Below, in pieces: positions 10,001 through 19,927 of a stretch of 64,000 nucleotides of DNA. The translations under genes were made by a program, and so were the position numbers. This DNA comes from Tepidisphaeraceae bacterium (lineage in GTDB: Bacteria > Planctomycetota > Phycisphaerae > Tepidisphaerales > Tepidisphaeraceae), in the NCBI GenBank assembly GCA_035998445.1, contig DASYHQ010000050.1, positions 89,647-153,646 of the forward strand, read 5' to 3'. Numbering within the stretch: the stretch's first letter is position 1; every line of letters starts with the position of its first letter. Below the pieces are notes generated by a model, which had not been told where the DNA came from, did not search any database, and saw only the letters and a program-made list of their open reading frames with translations.

Positions 10001-12742
10001 ATGAGCAACGCCTCCATCGCCCCCGTCGACCTTCGCTGCGAGTACCAAACCAACCCCATCGGTCTCGGCGAGACGCAGCCGCGGCTCAGTTGGAAACTGT
10101 CGGCCAGCGACGCGAACGCGCGCAACCTGAAGCAGTCGGCTTACCAGATCCTCGTCGCGTCATCGGTCGACGTGCTCGCCGGTGGCAAGGGCGATTTGTG
10201 GGACAGCGGCAAGGTGAGCTCGGACGCCTCGACGTTCGTCCCGTTCGCGGGCACCGCCCTACGGTCGGGTCAGCGGGCCGTCTGGAACGTGCGCGTGTGG
10301 GACCAGGACGGCAACGCCGCAGCGCCCTCTGAGACCGCATCGTGGGAAATGGGACTGCTGGCCGCACGCGATTGGGTCGGCCAATGGGTCGGCTCACCCG
10401 TGACGGCCGGTGGGCCGCTTCACGAGGGGCCAGCGTTCATGGTCCGCAAGCCCTTCTCGCTCGGTGACAAGCGGAAGATCACCTCTGCCCGCCTGTACGC
10501 GACGGCACTCGGTTTCTATGAGTTCCACATCAACGGCCAGCGGGTCGGCAATGACGCCCTGACGCCCGGGTGGACGGACTACAACTTCCGGGTCCAGTAT
10601 CAAGCCTACGACGTCACTGCGATGCTTCGCGCCGGTGACAACGCGATCGGCGCCTGGCTGGCCGACGGGTGGTACTGCGGCTACATCGGCAACATCGATC
10701 GCCGACAGTACTACGGCGACCAGCCGAAGCTGCTAGCGCAGCTGCACGTGACGTTCGACGATGGCTCGACGCAGACGCTCGCCACGGACGGCACCTGGAC
10801 CACCAGCACCGGCCCGATGGTGTCGGCCGACATGCTGATGGGCCAGCACTACGACGCGCGGCTCGAACAGCCCGACTGGAGCGCTCCCGGTTTTGATGCC
10901 GCCACGTGGCAGCCCGTCACCGTCTTCAGCGACGAGCGCCGAACCATTGTCGCCACGCCCGGCCCCACCGTTCGCCAGACGCAACTCGTGAAGCCGGTCT
11001 CGGTCCGGGGCGTGCAGGTGAACTGGAACACGCACGCACAGGTGATCGACTTCGGCCAGAACCTCGTCGGCCGCGTGCGTTTGACCCTCCGTAACGCGCC
11101 TGCGGGTACGGTGCTCAAGATTCGCCACGCCGAGGTGCTGGAGAAGCTTAAGGACGGCAACCTGTACACCACCAACTTGCGCAGCGCCAAGAACATCGAC
11201 TCGTACACCACGCGCGGCGACGCGATCGAAACCTTCGATCCTCAGTTCACGTTCCACGGGTTCCGTTACGCCGAAGTTCAGGGCTTCCCCGATAAAGCAC
11301 TATCGCCGGACGACGTGGTTGCGGTCGTGATCCACAGCGATTACGAGTCCAGCGGTTCGTTTGAGTGCTCGGAACCGTTGGTCAACCAGTTGCAGCAGAA
11401 CATCCGCTGGGGCTGGCGCGGCAACAGTGTCGACATCCCGACCGACTGCCCTCAGCGCAACGAGCGTTTGGGCTGGACGGGCGACGCGCAGGCGTTCGTC
11501 CGCACGGCCGCGTTCAACTACGATGTGGCCGGGTTCTTCGCGAAGTGGACGCAGGACCTGCGCGACGCGCAGAGCCAGCACGGCGCGTATCCATCGATCG
11601 TGCCCGACACGTCCTGGCCTAAGACGAAGCCGAACGACGCGTTCAATGGCGACGGCGGCCCGGCATGGGCCGACGCGGGCATCATCTGCCCTTGGACCAT
11701 GTGGGCCTGCTACGGCGACCTGCGACTCGTCGAGCGCCACTACGCTTCCATGGTCCGGTTCCTCGACTACCTCGTGTCGGCGGCCGACAAGTTTGGTGGC
11801 ATCCGGTCGCACCCGGAATGGAAGGGGTGGCATGGGTTCGGCGACTGGCTGTCGCAGGATGCCGGCCCGCACCACATCATGGGCCTGACGCCCAAGGACC
11901 TCATCGGCACCGCCTTCATCGCCTACGACGCGCGCCTGCTGTCGCAGATCGCCAGTGCGCTGGGCAAGGAAAAGGACGCCGCCCGGTTCGACAAGATCGC
12001 TCAGGACACGACCGCCGTTTTCCAGCGGCGCTTCGTGACGCCCGACGGGCTGGTCGTGGGCGGCACGCAGACGTCGTACGTGCTTGCGCTGCACTTCGAC
12101 CTGCTGCCAGAAGCATCACGGGCAACCGCGGTGGATTGGCTGGTGCGCGACATCAAGTCGCGCGGCAACAAGCTGGCGACCGGGTTCGTCGGCACGCCCT
12201 ACCTGAACCACGTCCTGAGCCGCTTTGGCCGGCTCGACGTGGCGTACGACCTGCTGATGCAGAAGAACTGGCCCAGCTGGCTCTACGCCGTCACGCAGGG
12301 TGCCACGACCATCTGGGAACGTTGGGACGGCTGGACGCACGACAAGGGCTTCCAGGACGCCAGCATGAACTCGTTCAACCACTACGCGTACGGCGCCGTG
12401 GGCGACTGGCTGTACCAGGTGGTGGCCGGCATCGATATCGACCTGAATAAGCCCGGCTACCGCCACATCCAACTGCGGCCGCGGCCGTTGGTGGGTGGGC
12501 CGTTGAGCTATGCCAAGGCATCGCTCGACACGTGGCACGGCACCATCGAAAGCGGTTGGACGCTGGAGGGGACGAAACTGTCGTACCGCGTCGTCGTCCC
12601 ACCAAACACCACCGCGACGGTAACGGTGCCTGGTAGCAACGCGGCGTCGGACGATGCGCGGGGGACGTCGCAGGGTGATGGGACGGTGTTCGAGGTGGGT
12701 TCGGGCACGTACGTGTTCACAAGCGAACTCGCGGCGCGCTAG
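10001..12742 (+). CDS. Alpha-L-rhamnosidase (GH78 family)
   Basis: The N-terminal NPIGLGETQPRLSWKL motif typical of bacterial GH78, plus DCPQRNERLGWTGDAQAF in the catalytic (alpha/alpha)6 region. Length 913 aa. Confidence 0.85.
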   Translation: MSNASIAPVDLRCEYQTNPIGLGETQPRLSWKLSASDANARNLKQSAYQILVASSVDVLAGGKGDLWDSGKVSSDASTFVPFAGTALRSGQRAVWNVRVWDQDGNAAAPSETASWEMGLLAARDWVGQWVGSPVTAGGPLHEGPAFMVRKPFSLGDKRKITSARLYATALGFYEFHINGQRVGNDALTPGWTDYNFRVQYQAYDVTAMLRAGDNAIGAWLADGWYCGYIGNIDRRQYYGDQPKLLAQLHVTFDDGSTQTLATDGTWTTSTGPMVSADMLMGQHYDARLEQPDWSAPGFDAATWQPVTVFSDERRTIVATPGPTVRQTQLVKPVSVRGVQVNWNTHAQVIDFGQNLVGRVRLTLRNAPAGTVLKIRHAEVLEKLKDGNLYTTNLRSAKNIDSYTTRGDAIETFDPQFTFHGFRYAEVQGFPDKALSPDDVVAVVIHSDYESSGSFECSEPLVNQLQQNIRWGWRGNSVDIPTDCPQRNERLGWTGDAQAFVRTAAFNYDVAGFFAKWTQDLRDAQSQHGAYPSIVPDTSWPKTKPNDAFNGDGGPAWADAGIICPWTMWACYGDLRLVERHYASMVRFLDYLVSAADKFGGIRSHPEWKGWHGFGDWLSQDAGPHHIMGLTPKDLIGTAFIAYDARLLSQIASALGKEKDAARFDKIAQDTTAVFQRRFVTPDGLVVGGTQTSYVLALHFDLLPEASRATAVDWLVRDIKSRGNKLATGFVGTPYLNHVLSRFGRLDVAYDLLMQKNWPSWLYAVTQGATTIWERWDGWTHDKGFQDASMNSFNHYAYGAVGDWLYQVVAGIDIDLNKPGYRHIQLRPRPLVGGPLSYAKASLDTWHGTIESGWTLEGTKLSYRVVVPPNTTATVTVPGSNAASDDARGTSQGDGTVFEVGSGTYVFTSELAAR

Positions 12743-12936
12743 GAATTGCGATCCTCCAGCACCGGTTTAACGATGGTCTCTCTGGTGTCCCAGGAGAAGA
12801 CCACCGGCAAGCCGGGGGCTATGTAGTGAATAGGGTGAGGTCGCTAGCGACGTACGTGCCTTTCTCCCCCCGCTCCTTGCATCCGGCACGCCGTCCCCTA
12901 CCATCGTGCGCCACGAATACGGAAGGAAATTACTTT

Positions 12937-14148
12937 ATGGCAGGCAACGCAGTCATCGGTCAGTCGGGCGGTCCTACGTCGGTCATCAACCAGTCGCTGG
13001 TCGGCGTGGTTCTGGAGGCCCAGAAGTCCGGCCACATCAAGGAACTGTACGGCGCCAAGCACGGTGTGCGCGGCATCGTGAACGGGGACTTCTATAAGTT
13101 GAAGGGTGCGTCATCCGAGCTGCTCGAGCGCATCGCCAATACGCCCGCTGCAGCCTTGGGCAGCACGCGCGATAAGCCCGATGCGGCCTACTGCGAGAAG
13201 ATCCTCGAGTCGTTCAAGAAGCACGACGTGCGGTACTTCTTCTACATCGGCGGCAACGACAGCGCCGACACCGCCCGCATCGTGCAGGAGATGGGCGCGG
13301 CCACGGGGTACGAGCTGACCGTCTACCACATTCCCAAGACGATCGACAACGATTTGCGCGTCCACGACCACACGCCCGGCTACGGCTCGGCCGCCAAGTT
13401 CGTGGCGGCGGCGATCATGGGCGACAACTACGACAACGCCAGCCTGCCGGGCATCAAGGTCGACGTGATCATGGGCCGCCACGCCGGCTTCCTGACGGCC
13501 GCCAGCGTGCTGGCGCGTCGGAACCCGGAAGATGGTCCGCACCTCATCTACTGCCCTGAAGCGCCGCTGAGCGAGGAGAAGTTCCTCGCCGACGTTGACG
13601 CCGTCTACAAGAAGCGCGGCCGCTGCCTGATCGCGGTCAGCGAAGGCATCAGCCAGCCCGGTGGTAAGACTTGGGCCGAGGCGATGAGCAGCAACATCGA
13701 GAAGGACAGCCACGGCAACATCCAGCTTTCAGGTACCGGCGCGCTCGGCGATTACCTCGCGTCCCTTATCACGACAAAACTTCAAGCCCCCGGCGGCAAA
13801 AAGCTGCGCGTGCGGGCCGACACGTTCGGTTACCTGCAGCGGTCGTTCCCGGGTTTGGCCGTCAGCGAAGTGGACGCCAAGGAAGCCCGCCTGGTCGGCC
13901 AAAAGGCCGTGCAGGTGTCGGCGGCCGGTGGGATCGCGGAATGCTCGATCGTCATGAAGCGCGTCAGCAACAGCCCGTACAAGATCGAGTTGGAAACGAC
14001 GAGCATCAAGAACGTCGCCCGCGAGACCAAGCACATGGACGAGTCGCACATCATCGATGGCAACAACATCTCGCAGGCCTTCATCGACTACGCAAAGCCG
14101 TTGGTCGGCAACCTGCCGGTGGTGGGTGCGTTCGATGAACTGAAGTAG
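12937..14148 (+). CDS. pfp: Pyrophosphate-dependent 6-phosphofructokinase (PPi-PFK)
   Basis: GGPTSVINQS, the PKTIDNDL motif and a PFK fold of ~400 aa. The start is chosen at MAGNAV with a GGAAA RBS. Confidence 0.8.
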   Translation: MAGNAVIGQSGGPTSVINQSLVGVVLEAQKSGHIKELYGAKHGVRGIVNGDFYKLKGASSELLERIANTPAAALGSTRDKPDAAYCEKILESFKKHDVRYFFYIGGNDSADTARIVQEMGAATGYELTVYHIPKTIDNDLRVHDHTPGYGSAAKFVAAAIMGDNYDNASLPGIKVDVIMGRHAGFLTAASVLARRNPEDGPHLIYCPEAPLSEEKFLADVDAVYKKRGRCLIAVSEGISQPGGKTWAEAMSSNIEKDSHGNIQLSGTGALGDYLASLITTKLQAPGGKKLRVRADTFGYLQRSFPGLAVSEVDAKEARLVGQKAVQVSAAGGIAECSIVMKRVSNSPYKIELETTSIKNVARETKHMDESHIIDGNNISQAFIDYAKPLVGNLPVVGAFDELK

Positions 14149-14167
14149 CCGTCACACCATCAGGAGA

Positions 14168-14270
14168 GCGTCATCCTGAGGGAATCTAGACGACCGAAGG
14201 ATCTCTTTCGCGGACCACGCGTCCTGCTGGAAGAGATCCTTCAGTCGCCTGGGCTCCATCAGGATGACGC
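14168..14270. repeat. Family-C MITE-like palindromic element
   Basis: gcgtcatcctgagg ... ccatcaggatgacgc termini with an internal gaaggatctc / gagatcctt inverted repeat. Confidence 0.7.
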
Positions 14271-14291
14271 GATGATCTTCCGAGCATCAGC

Positions 14292-15848
14292 ATGACCCGC
14301 CTGTGCGTCGCCATCTTCGTCCACTCGGCCGAGCAGGCGTACCGCGACGCCACGCTCGCCGCCGAGGCGGGGGCTGACATGTGCGAGTTGCGGATCGATC
14401 ACTTCTACGACGCCGACGAGGTGCGGGCGCTCGTCGCGAAGATCTCGATTCCCTGCATCATCACGTGCCGACCCGTTTGGGAAGGGGGTCGGTCGGACTT
14501 GGCCGACGAGTATCGAGTGCCGACGCTACAGGGGCTCGCATCGACGATCAGTGCCGCCTACGTCGACGTTGAGTTAAAGTCGATCGAGGCCTTCAACAAT
14601 GTTGACGCGCCCAGCGAGCGCAACGCCAGCCTGATCGTCAGTTCTCACGACTTCGGTGGCCGGCCGGACCGTCTCTACAACATCCTCGCCGACCTAAACG
14701 CCTCACCCGCCGACGTTGCGAAGGTTGTCTGGACCGCCCGCACGGTTCGCGACAATATCGAGGCGTTTGAGATCCTGCTGAACAAGCAGAAGCCGACGAT
14801 CGCGATCTGCATGGGCGAGGCGGGGGTCATCAGCCGGATTCTCGCCAGGAAGTTCGGGGCGTTCCTCTCGTTTGCGACGCTGGAAGGTGATGGTGGCACG
14901 GCCCCGGGCCAGATCAGCATCACCGACATGAAACGGCTGTACCGCTGGGATGCCATAAGCGCGCAAACGCGTGTTTACGGCGTCGTCGGGTCGCCGGTCG
15001 GTCATTCCATGTCGCCCGCGATCCACAACGCGGCGTTCGATGAAACGGGCCACGATGGCGTCTACGTGCCGTTGCTGGTGAATCCGGGATACGAGAGTTT
15101 TAAAGCGTTCATGGAGACGTTCATCGCCTTCGGGTCGCTGCATCTGTCGGGATTGTCGGTCACCATCCCCCACAAGGAAAACTGCCTGCGATACCTGCAG
15201 GAAAAGGGCGCAGACGTCGAGCCGCTGGCGGAGTCGATCGGGGCGGTGAATACGGTCGTGATCGAGCGCATGACTACCGGCGAACCGAAACTGCGCGGCT
15301 TTAACACTGACTATGCTGCCATCCTCGACAGCATTACTGACGCGTTGTCCATCACGCGTGACGACCTGAAGAATTATCGCGTCGCCGTCTTGGGCGCCGG
15401 GGGCACGGGACGCACTGCGGTGGCGGCGCTGGCGCATTACGGGGCGACGGTCGTCATTTACAACCGCACGCGCGACCGGGCCGACGCCCTGGCGGCCGAG
15501 TTCAACGGGCACAGTGGCAAAGTCGTGGCGGCCGCGATGGAAAAGCTCTGCGACTCGTGCTGCCAGATCTACATCAACACCACCAGCGTCGGCATGCACC
15601 CGAAGGTCGACGAAAGCCCCTTCGGTGACGCCCTACCGAAGCTCAGCGCCGATACGCTGGTATTCGATGCCGTCTACAACCCACCGCTAACGACGCTGCT
15701 GCAGCAGGCACAATCGCAAGGCGCTCGCACGGTCTCCGGCATCGAAATGTTCGTCCGCCAAGCCGCGGGCCAGTTCACGGCCTGGACCAATAAACCGGCG
15801 CCGGTCGCGACGATGCGCCGGGTGATCGAGTCGCGTCTGTCGAAGTAG
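14292..15848 (+). CDS. Bifunctional 3-dehydroquinate dehydratase (type I) / shikimate dehydrogenase (AroD-AroE fusion)
   Basis: The N-terminal half is DHQase-I like (ELRIDHF). The C-terminal half has shikimate dehydrogenase motifs (GVVGSPVGHSMSPAIHNAAF and the Rossmann GAGGTGR). Confidence 0.85.
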   Translation: MTRLCVAIFVHSAEQAYRDATLAAEAGADMCELRIDHFYDADEVRALVAKISIPCIITCRPVWEGGRSDLADEYRVPTLQGLASTISAAYVDVELKSIEAFNNVDAPSERNASLIVSSHDFGGRPDRLYNILADLNASPADVAKVVWTARTVRDNIEAFEILLNKQKPTIAICMGEAGVISRILARKFGAFLSFATLEGDGGTAPGQISITDMKRLYRWDAISAQTRVYGVVGSPVGHSMSPAIHNAAFDETGHDGVYVPLLVNPGYESFKAFMETFIAFGSLHLSGLSVTIPHKENCLRYLQEKGADVEPLAESIGAVNTVVIERMTTGEPKLRGFNTDYAAILDSITDALSITRDDLKNYRVAVLGAGGTGRTAVAALAHYGATVVIYNRTRDRADALAAEFNGHSGKVVAAAMEKLCDSCCQIYINTTSVGMHPKVDESPFGDALPKLSADTLVFDAVYNPPLTTLLQQAQSQGARTVSGIEMFVRQAAGQFTAWTNKPAPVATMRRVIESRLSK

Positions 15849-15906
15849 CCTACGCTCATTGTTCGGGCCGTGCCGGCTGATACTTATCACTCGACAGAGC
15901 AGCGAC

Positions 15907-15936
15907 CGTCATCCTGAGGTACTCCGAAGGATGACG
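15907..15936. repeat. Truncated family-C hairpin (cgtcatcctgaggtactccgaaggatgacg) downstream of aroDE
   Basis: 8-bp stem cgtcatcc/ggatgacg. Confidence 0.6.
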
Positions 15937-16000
15937 GTGAGCGCCTGAAGTGCGAGCCGCATGACAGACGAAAGCTTCCCTCGCACCAACCGAAACCGAA

Positions 16001-17305
16001 GTGGAGCAGAAAACACCGGTACGGCACCTAACGTATCACCACATCGAAGCCGATAAGCCCAACAGGCACCTCCAACCTTTCACGCGAGGCCCATTTGTGC
16101 TGACGGTGTCGACCCTTGAACTCAAGCCCGGCCAAGTCCTGGCGGCGCCAGTCGCCAAGCCGGATCAGCCGGACCAGACGCTTCTCAACCGTGGCTACGT
16201 GCTGCAGGCGGCGGTCATCCAGCGCCTGAAGGACCTCGGCATCGCCTGCGTCTTCGTCGACTTTCCCGGCCTTGACGACCTCGACAAACTGCTCGCGCCA
16301 CAGCTCAGCCCCGAGCGCCAGCGCATCTACACCCAGATCAAGAAGACGATCGAGACCTGCCAGCGCAGCACGAAGCCCGCGATCGCGTACAACGACTACT
16401 ACGGCAGTACCCGCGACATGATCTGCACGCTGCTCGGCAGTGGGCAGAACCCCGTCTTCATGGAACAGCTGGCGCGTTCGAACGACGACGCCGTCGGTCA
16501 CGCGACGGCGGTGGCGCACCTGGCGCTGGTGTTGGGCATCAAGCTCGAGGGGTACCTGATCGCCGAGCGCAGCCGTCTGCCGGTCGGGCATGCGAAGGAG
16601 ACCGTAAATCTCGGTGTGGCCGCCATGCTGCACGATCTGGGCAAGACGAAACTGCCGCGCCCCCTTCAGCAACAGCACATCGCGTCGGCGGCCACGCTGG
16701 ACGAAGCCCAGCGGCGCGAGTGGGAGGAACACCCGCGCCTCGGTTACGAGATGATCCAGTCGGGCGTCGAGGCGACGGCCGCCAGCGCGGTGCTGCACCA
16801 TCACCAGCGCCTCGACGGCACCGGTTTCCCCGCGATGGACCTCGATGGTGTGAAGCAGGCCCCGGCCGGTAAGAAGATCCACATCTTCGCGCGCATCCTC
16901 GGTGCCGCCGACCTCTTCGACCGCCTTTGCACCGCCGCCGACGGCCAGCGCCGCCCCAACCTGGAGGTCCTGCACCTGCTGCGCACGGCGCACGGTGCCG
17001 CGATCGATCCGATGGTGCTCCGCATGCTCGCGGTCGTGGCCCCGCCCTACCTGCCGGGGTCAACCGTTGGCCTGTCCGACGGCTCACGCGCCATCGTCAC
17101 GAGCGTGAACGCGAAGGCCCCCTACTTCCCCGGTGTGCGGCGGTTAGGCAGCGACGAGAAGCTGGACGACCAGACGATCACGCTGTCGCCAGGCGATGGG
17201 CCGAAGATCGAATCGGTCAACGGCGTGCGCATCGCCGACATGCTGCCCGGGTGCGATGAACCGCTTTCGGCTATTGAGAAGACTGATCCTGCGGTGGCCG
17301 CGTAG
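16001..17305 (+). CDS. HD-GYP domain protein (putative c-di-GMP phosphodiesterase) with an N-terminal uncharacterised domain
   Basis: HDLGK ... HHHQRLDGTGFP (the HD-GYP signature, with GTGFP in place of GYP). Confidence 0.75.
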   Translation: MEQKTPVRHLTYHHIEADKPNRHLQPFTRGPFVLTVSTLELKPGQVLAAPVAKPDQPDQTLLNRGYVLQAAVIQRLKDLGIACVFVDFPGLDDLDKLLAPQLSPERQRIYTQIKKTIETCQRSTKPAIAYNDYYGSTRDMICTLLGSGQNPVFMEQLARSNDDAVGHATAVAHLALVLGIKLEGYLIAERSRLPVGHAKETVNLGVAAMLHDLGKTKLPRPLQQQHIASAATLDEAQRREWEEHPRLGYEMIQSGVEATAASAVLHHHQRLDGTGFPAMDLDGVKQAPAGKKIHIFARILGAADLFDRLCTAADGQRRPNLEVLHLLRTAHGAAIDPMVLRMLAVVAPPYLPGSTVGLSDGSRAIVTSVNAKAPYFPGVRRLGSDEKLDDQTITLSPGDGPKIESVNGVRIADMLPGCDEPLSAIEKTDPAVAA

Positions 17306-17528
17306 GGAAACGGCTGGTACTTCGCACCGATGTCTCCCCCTCTGGCGGGCGGATCGTCGGCATGGGTGGGGCTGGCTTCGCTGGCGGCTTGGGGGCCGGG
17401 GGCTCGATCTTGCCCACTTGGCTAGCGACCTGCGACGCCGTATCCACCACCTGCGCCAGCGGCTTCAGCAGTTCGCGCAATCCCCGCCTGAAGAATTTCC
17501 GGCGATCCATCGGCGGTTCGTCTGCCAT
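17271..17528 (-). CDS. Hypothetical 85-aa protein with an RRKFFRRG (Tat-like) N-terminal motif
   Basis: ORF only. No hydrophobic h-region follows the twin-arginine motif, so this may be spurious. Confidence 0.2.
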   Translation of the reverse strand: MADEPPMDRRKFFRRGLRELLKPLAQVVDTASQVASQVGKIEPPAPKPPAKPAPPMPTIRPPEGETSVRSTSRFPTRPPQDQSSQ

Positions 17529-17593
17529 AAAATCGTCCCGTTAAGGCGGCGTTGTTGCAGTGAGCGTTGCCGTGATTATGCTCACGCAATCAC

Positions 17594-17755
17594 ATGCAGT
17601 TCATACACCTGATCATGTTCACGGCGATTGCGATCGGTGCGGTCGCGGGTTGTCGATCTTCGCCGAACCCGTCGGGCTCGGCCCCCACCACGCAGCCGAC
17701 GACGGCCGACGATGCCCTGCCACACGATGCGCCCCCACGGCAGCCCAGCTACTGA
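17594..17755 (+). CDS. Small putative lipoprotein (53 aa)
   Basis: MQFIHLIMFTAIAIGAVAGC has a signal peptide plus a lipobox-like AGC. It is below the ORF-track cutoff and convergent with the next gene, overlapping its 3' end by 7 nt. Confidence 0.3.
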   Translation: MQFIHLIMFTAIAIGAVAGCRSSPNPSGSAPTTQPTTADDALPHDAPPRQPSY

Positions 17756-18429
17756 GCCTTCGGCATCTGTACGATGCGCTCGGCGGGACCGATCGCCCGG
17801 CCGGTCAGGAAGTCGATGAACCGAACCTTCACGCGCACCGCTTCCACCTGCGGCACCGTTTCCCACGGGCACGGCAGCACGTAGGCATACACGAACGTCG
17901 AGCTGACCCAGAGCTTTTTCAACTCTTCCGGACCGAACTCCCATCGCCCGAGCAACGGTTCGGGCGACTGGTGCGGGTCGGTCACCTCAACGATCATGCG
18001 CCCGGCGGCCTTGATCGTGTCGCCGGTATCGTCGCGCGGGGCCACCTGCACCTTTAGCGCGGGAATGGCGGGCTGGGTGGTGGTGATTTCGGTGGGCCCG
18101 GTCAGCCGGCCGATCTTCAGTTCGACCACGGTGAACAGTTCCGGCAACCGCGTTGGGTTGACGGCAGGCTGGGTGGTGTTGGGGGCGCCGCCAAGGACGG
18201 CCAGCGATTGGGTGTCGGCCTTGTGCTGGCGTTCGAGCTCGACGATGCGGTCGTTCAGGTTCTGGTTTTCCTTCCGCAGCGCGATGTTGGCCGCGCTGGG
18301 GCCGCCGCATCCTGTGGTGATGAGCGCTAGACCGGAGATGGCCGCCACCATCAACAAACTTTGCCCCAATATCGCGCAGCGGGATTTTGAAGTCCCAGAA
18401 CGAATCGCGATGTGGGGATGATCGGGCAT
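17749..18429 (-). CDS. Hypothetical lipoprotein with a coiled-coil segment
   Basis: Signal peptide plus lipobox LITTGC. ENQNLNDRIVELERQHKAD is coiled-coil-like. An alternative start is at 18351. Confidence 0.55.
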   Translation of the reverse strand: MPDHPHIAIRSGTSKSRCAILGQSLLMVAAISGLALITTGCGGPSAANIALRKENQNLNDRIVELERQHKADTQSLAVLGGAPNTTQPAVNPTRLPELFTVVELKIGRLTGPTEITTTQPAIPALKVQVAPRDDTGDTIKAAGRMIVEVTDPHQSPEPLLGRWEFGPEELKKLWVSSTFVYAYVLPCPWETVPQVEAVRVKVRFIDFLTGRAIGPAERIVQMPKAQ

Positions 18430-18449
18430 CAGGGCTCGGTCGAACGAAG

Positions 18450-18575
18450 GACGGCACTCCTACTCCTCTCCCGGTACGCCGGGAGAGGCTGGGTGAGGGT
18501 GATTTCCGTTCTTCCGACAGTCGTCAGCAGTCCGAAATCACCCTCACCCAGCCTCTCCCATGAATACATGGGAGA
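18450..18575. repeat. Family-B composite palindrome
   Basis: ctctcccggtacgccgggagag, ggctgggtgagggtgatttc ... gaaatcaccctcacccagcc, ctctcccatgaatacatgggagag. Confidence 0.8.
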
Positions 18576-18591
18576 GGGGCCGGACGTAAAA

Positions 18592-19242
18592 CTATTCCTT
18601 CTCATCCGCATCGGTCGCGCGGGGCGCAACGCTCGGGGCGCGGTCGAGGATGCGGTCGGCACAGCCGTATTCGACGGCCTCTTCTGCAAACAGCCACTTG
18701 TTGCGATCGAAGTCGCGGTGGATCTGCTCGGTGGTCTTGCCGGTGTAGTCGCTCATCATCTTGTACAGGCGGTCGCGCAGGCGAAGCATGTGGGCGGCCT
18801 CGATGCCGAGGTCGGTCGCCGGGCCCTGCATCACGCCACCGATGAGCGGTTGGTGCAGCATGACCTGGCTGTTCTTCAACACCGACCGCTTGCCCTTTGT
18901 GCCGGCGGCCAGCAACACCGAGCCCATGCTGGCGGCCATGCCGATGCAGGTGGTGGCGACGTCGCAGCGGAGGAACTGCATCGTGTCGACGATGCCGAAG
19001 CCCGCGCTCACGCTGCCACCGGGGCTGTTGACGTAGAGCTGGATGTCGGTCTTGGGGTCATCGTTGGACAGGAACAGCATCTGCGCGATGACGGCGTTGG
19101 CCGAGTCGTCGGTCACGGGGCCGTTCATCATGATGATGCGGTCCTTCAGCAGGCGCGAGTAGATGTCGTAGGCGCGCTCGCCGCGACCGGACTTTTCGAT
19201 GACCATCGGGATCAGGGTGTTCTGCGTCATAATCTCTCTCAA
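18592..19242 (-). CDS. clpP: ATP-dependent Clp protease proteolytic subunit
   Basis: Full ClpP fold with Ser ([10 protein letters not shown]), His (MLHQPLIGG) and Asp. Confidence 0.95.
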   Translation of the reverse strand: MREIMTQNTLIPMVIEKSGRGERAYDIYSRLLKDRIIMMNGPVTDDSANAVIAQMLFLSNDDPKTDIQLYVNSPGGSVSAGFGIVDTMQFLRCDVATTCIGMAASMGSVLLAAGTKGKRSVLKNSQVMLHQPLIGGVMQGPATDLGIEAAHMLRLRDRLYKMMSDYTGKTTEQIHRDFDRNKWLFAEEAVEYGCADRILDRAPSVAPRATDADEKE

Positions 19243-19499
19243 TTGTTGTTCGATCGCTTCGACGATTTCTTGTCCAGTGCCGGTTCGAGCGAAGCGACAT
19301 GCAGGTAAGAGACCGACGCGTACGATTCCGGGATGTCGCTGCGTTGTTTCGGGGACGACACGGCGACCACGAGGCTACGCTTTGTAATCAGTACATTATC
19401 CGGATGCCGCACGCGGTATCGATCTCCGCTGCTTAAGACGATGTCAAACGGATCGAACGGTTGCTGTTTCAGCTTGTCGCGAATCGCTTCGTAATGCAT
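19239..19499 (-). CDS. Hypothetical 86-aa protein inside the clpP operon
   Basis: Protein-like composition. Its stop overlaps the clpP1 start (ATGA) and it lies 14 nt downstream of the VOC gene. Confidence 0.5.
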   Translation of the reverse strand: MHYEAIRDKLKQQPFDPFDIVLSSGDRYRVRHPDNVLITKRSLVVAVSSPKQRSDIPESYASVSYLHVASLEPALDKKSSKRSNNN

Positions 19500-19513
19500 G
19501 ACTGATAGCTCCG

Positions 19514-19900
19514 TTACCGCTGGACGATCTGCAGTTCGTTCCCTTCCGGGTCGCGGAAGAGGATCGTCTTGCCACCGCCCAGGGCCTGTCCCGGCGCGTC
19601 GGTGACGAACGAGACGCCGAGGCGTTGCAGCTTCGCGTACGCCCCGTCGAAGTCGCTCACGCGCAGCGCGACGTGGCGGATGCCGGGTTGCATGCGACCG
19701 AACTGCCCCTGGGCCGGTCCCGCGTCGGTCGCCGGGCCCATCTCGATCATCGCCCCACCGCTCACGGTGTCGTCGTACCCGATCAACACCGCGTTGCCAT
19801 CGTCCACGATGACCTTCATCGCAAACGTCTGGCAGTACCAATCCACCATCTTCCGCAAGTCGCGGCAGGCGATCGAGGGATGGTCGATGGAGAGGTACAT
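19514..19900 (-). CDS. VOC/glyoxalase-family protein
   Basis: 128 aa with the paired beta-alpha-beta-beta-beta pattern and conserved H/E positions of glyoxalase I-like proteins. Confidence 0.75.
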   Translation of the reverse strand: MYLSIDHPSIACRDLRKMVDWYCQTFAMKVIVDDGNAVLIGYDDTVSGGAMIEMGPATDAGPAQGQFGRMQPGIRHVALRVSDFDGAYAKLQRLGVSFVTDAPGQALGGGKTILFRDPEGNELQIVQR

Positions 19901-19927
19901 GGCTCAGTGAGCGGTAGGCCCACTACT

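Noticed and set aside
12826-12936. 37-codon N-terminal extension of the PFK ORF
   Set aside because: No homology to PFK N-termini. MAGNAVIGQSGGPTS aligns with the canonical PFK start and has an RBS.
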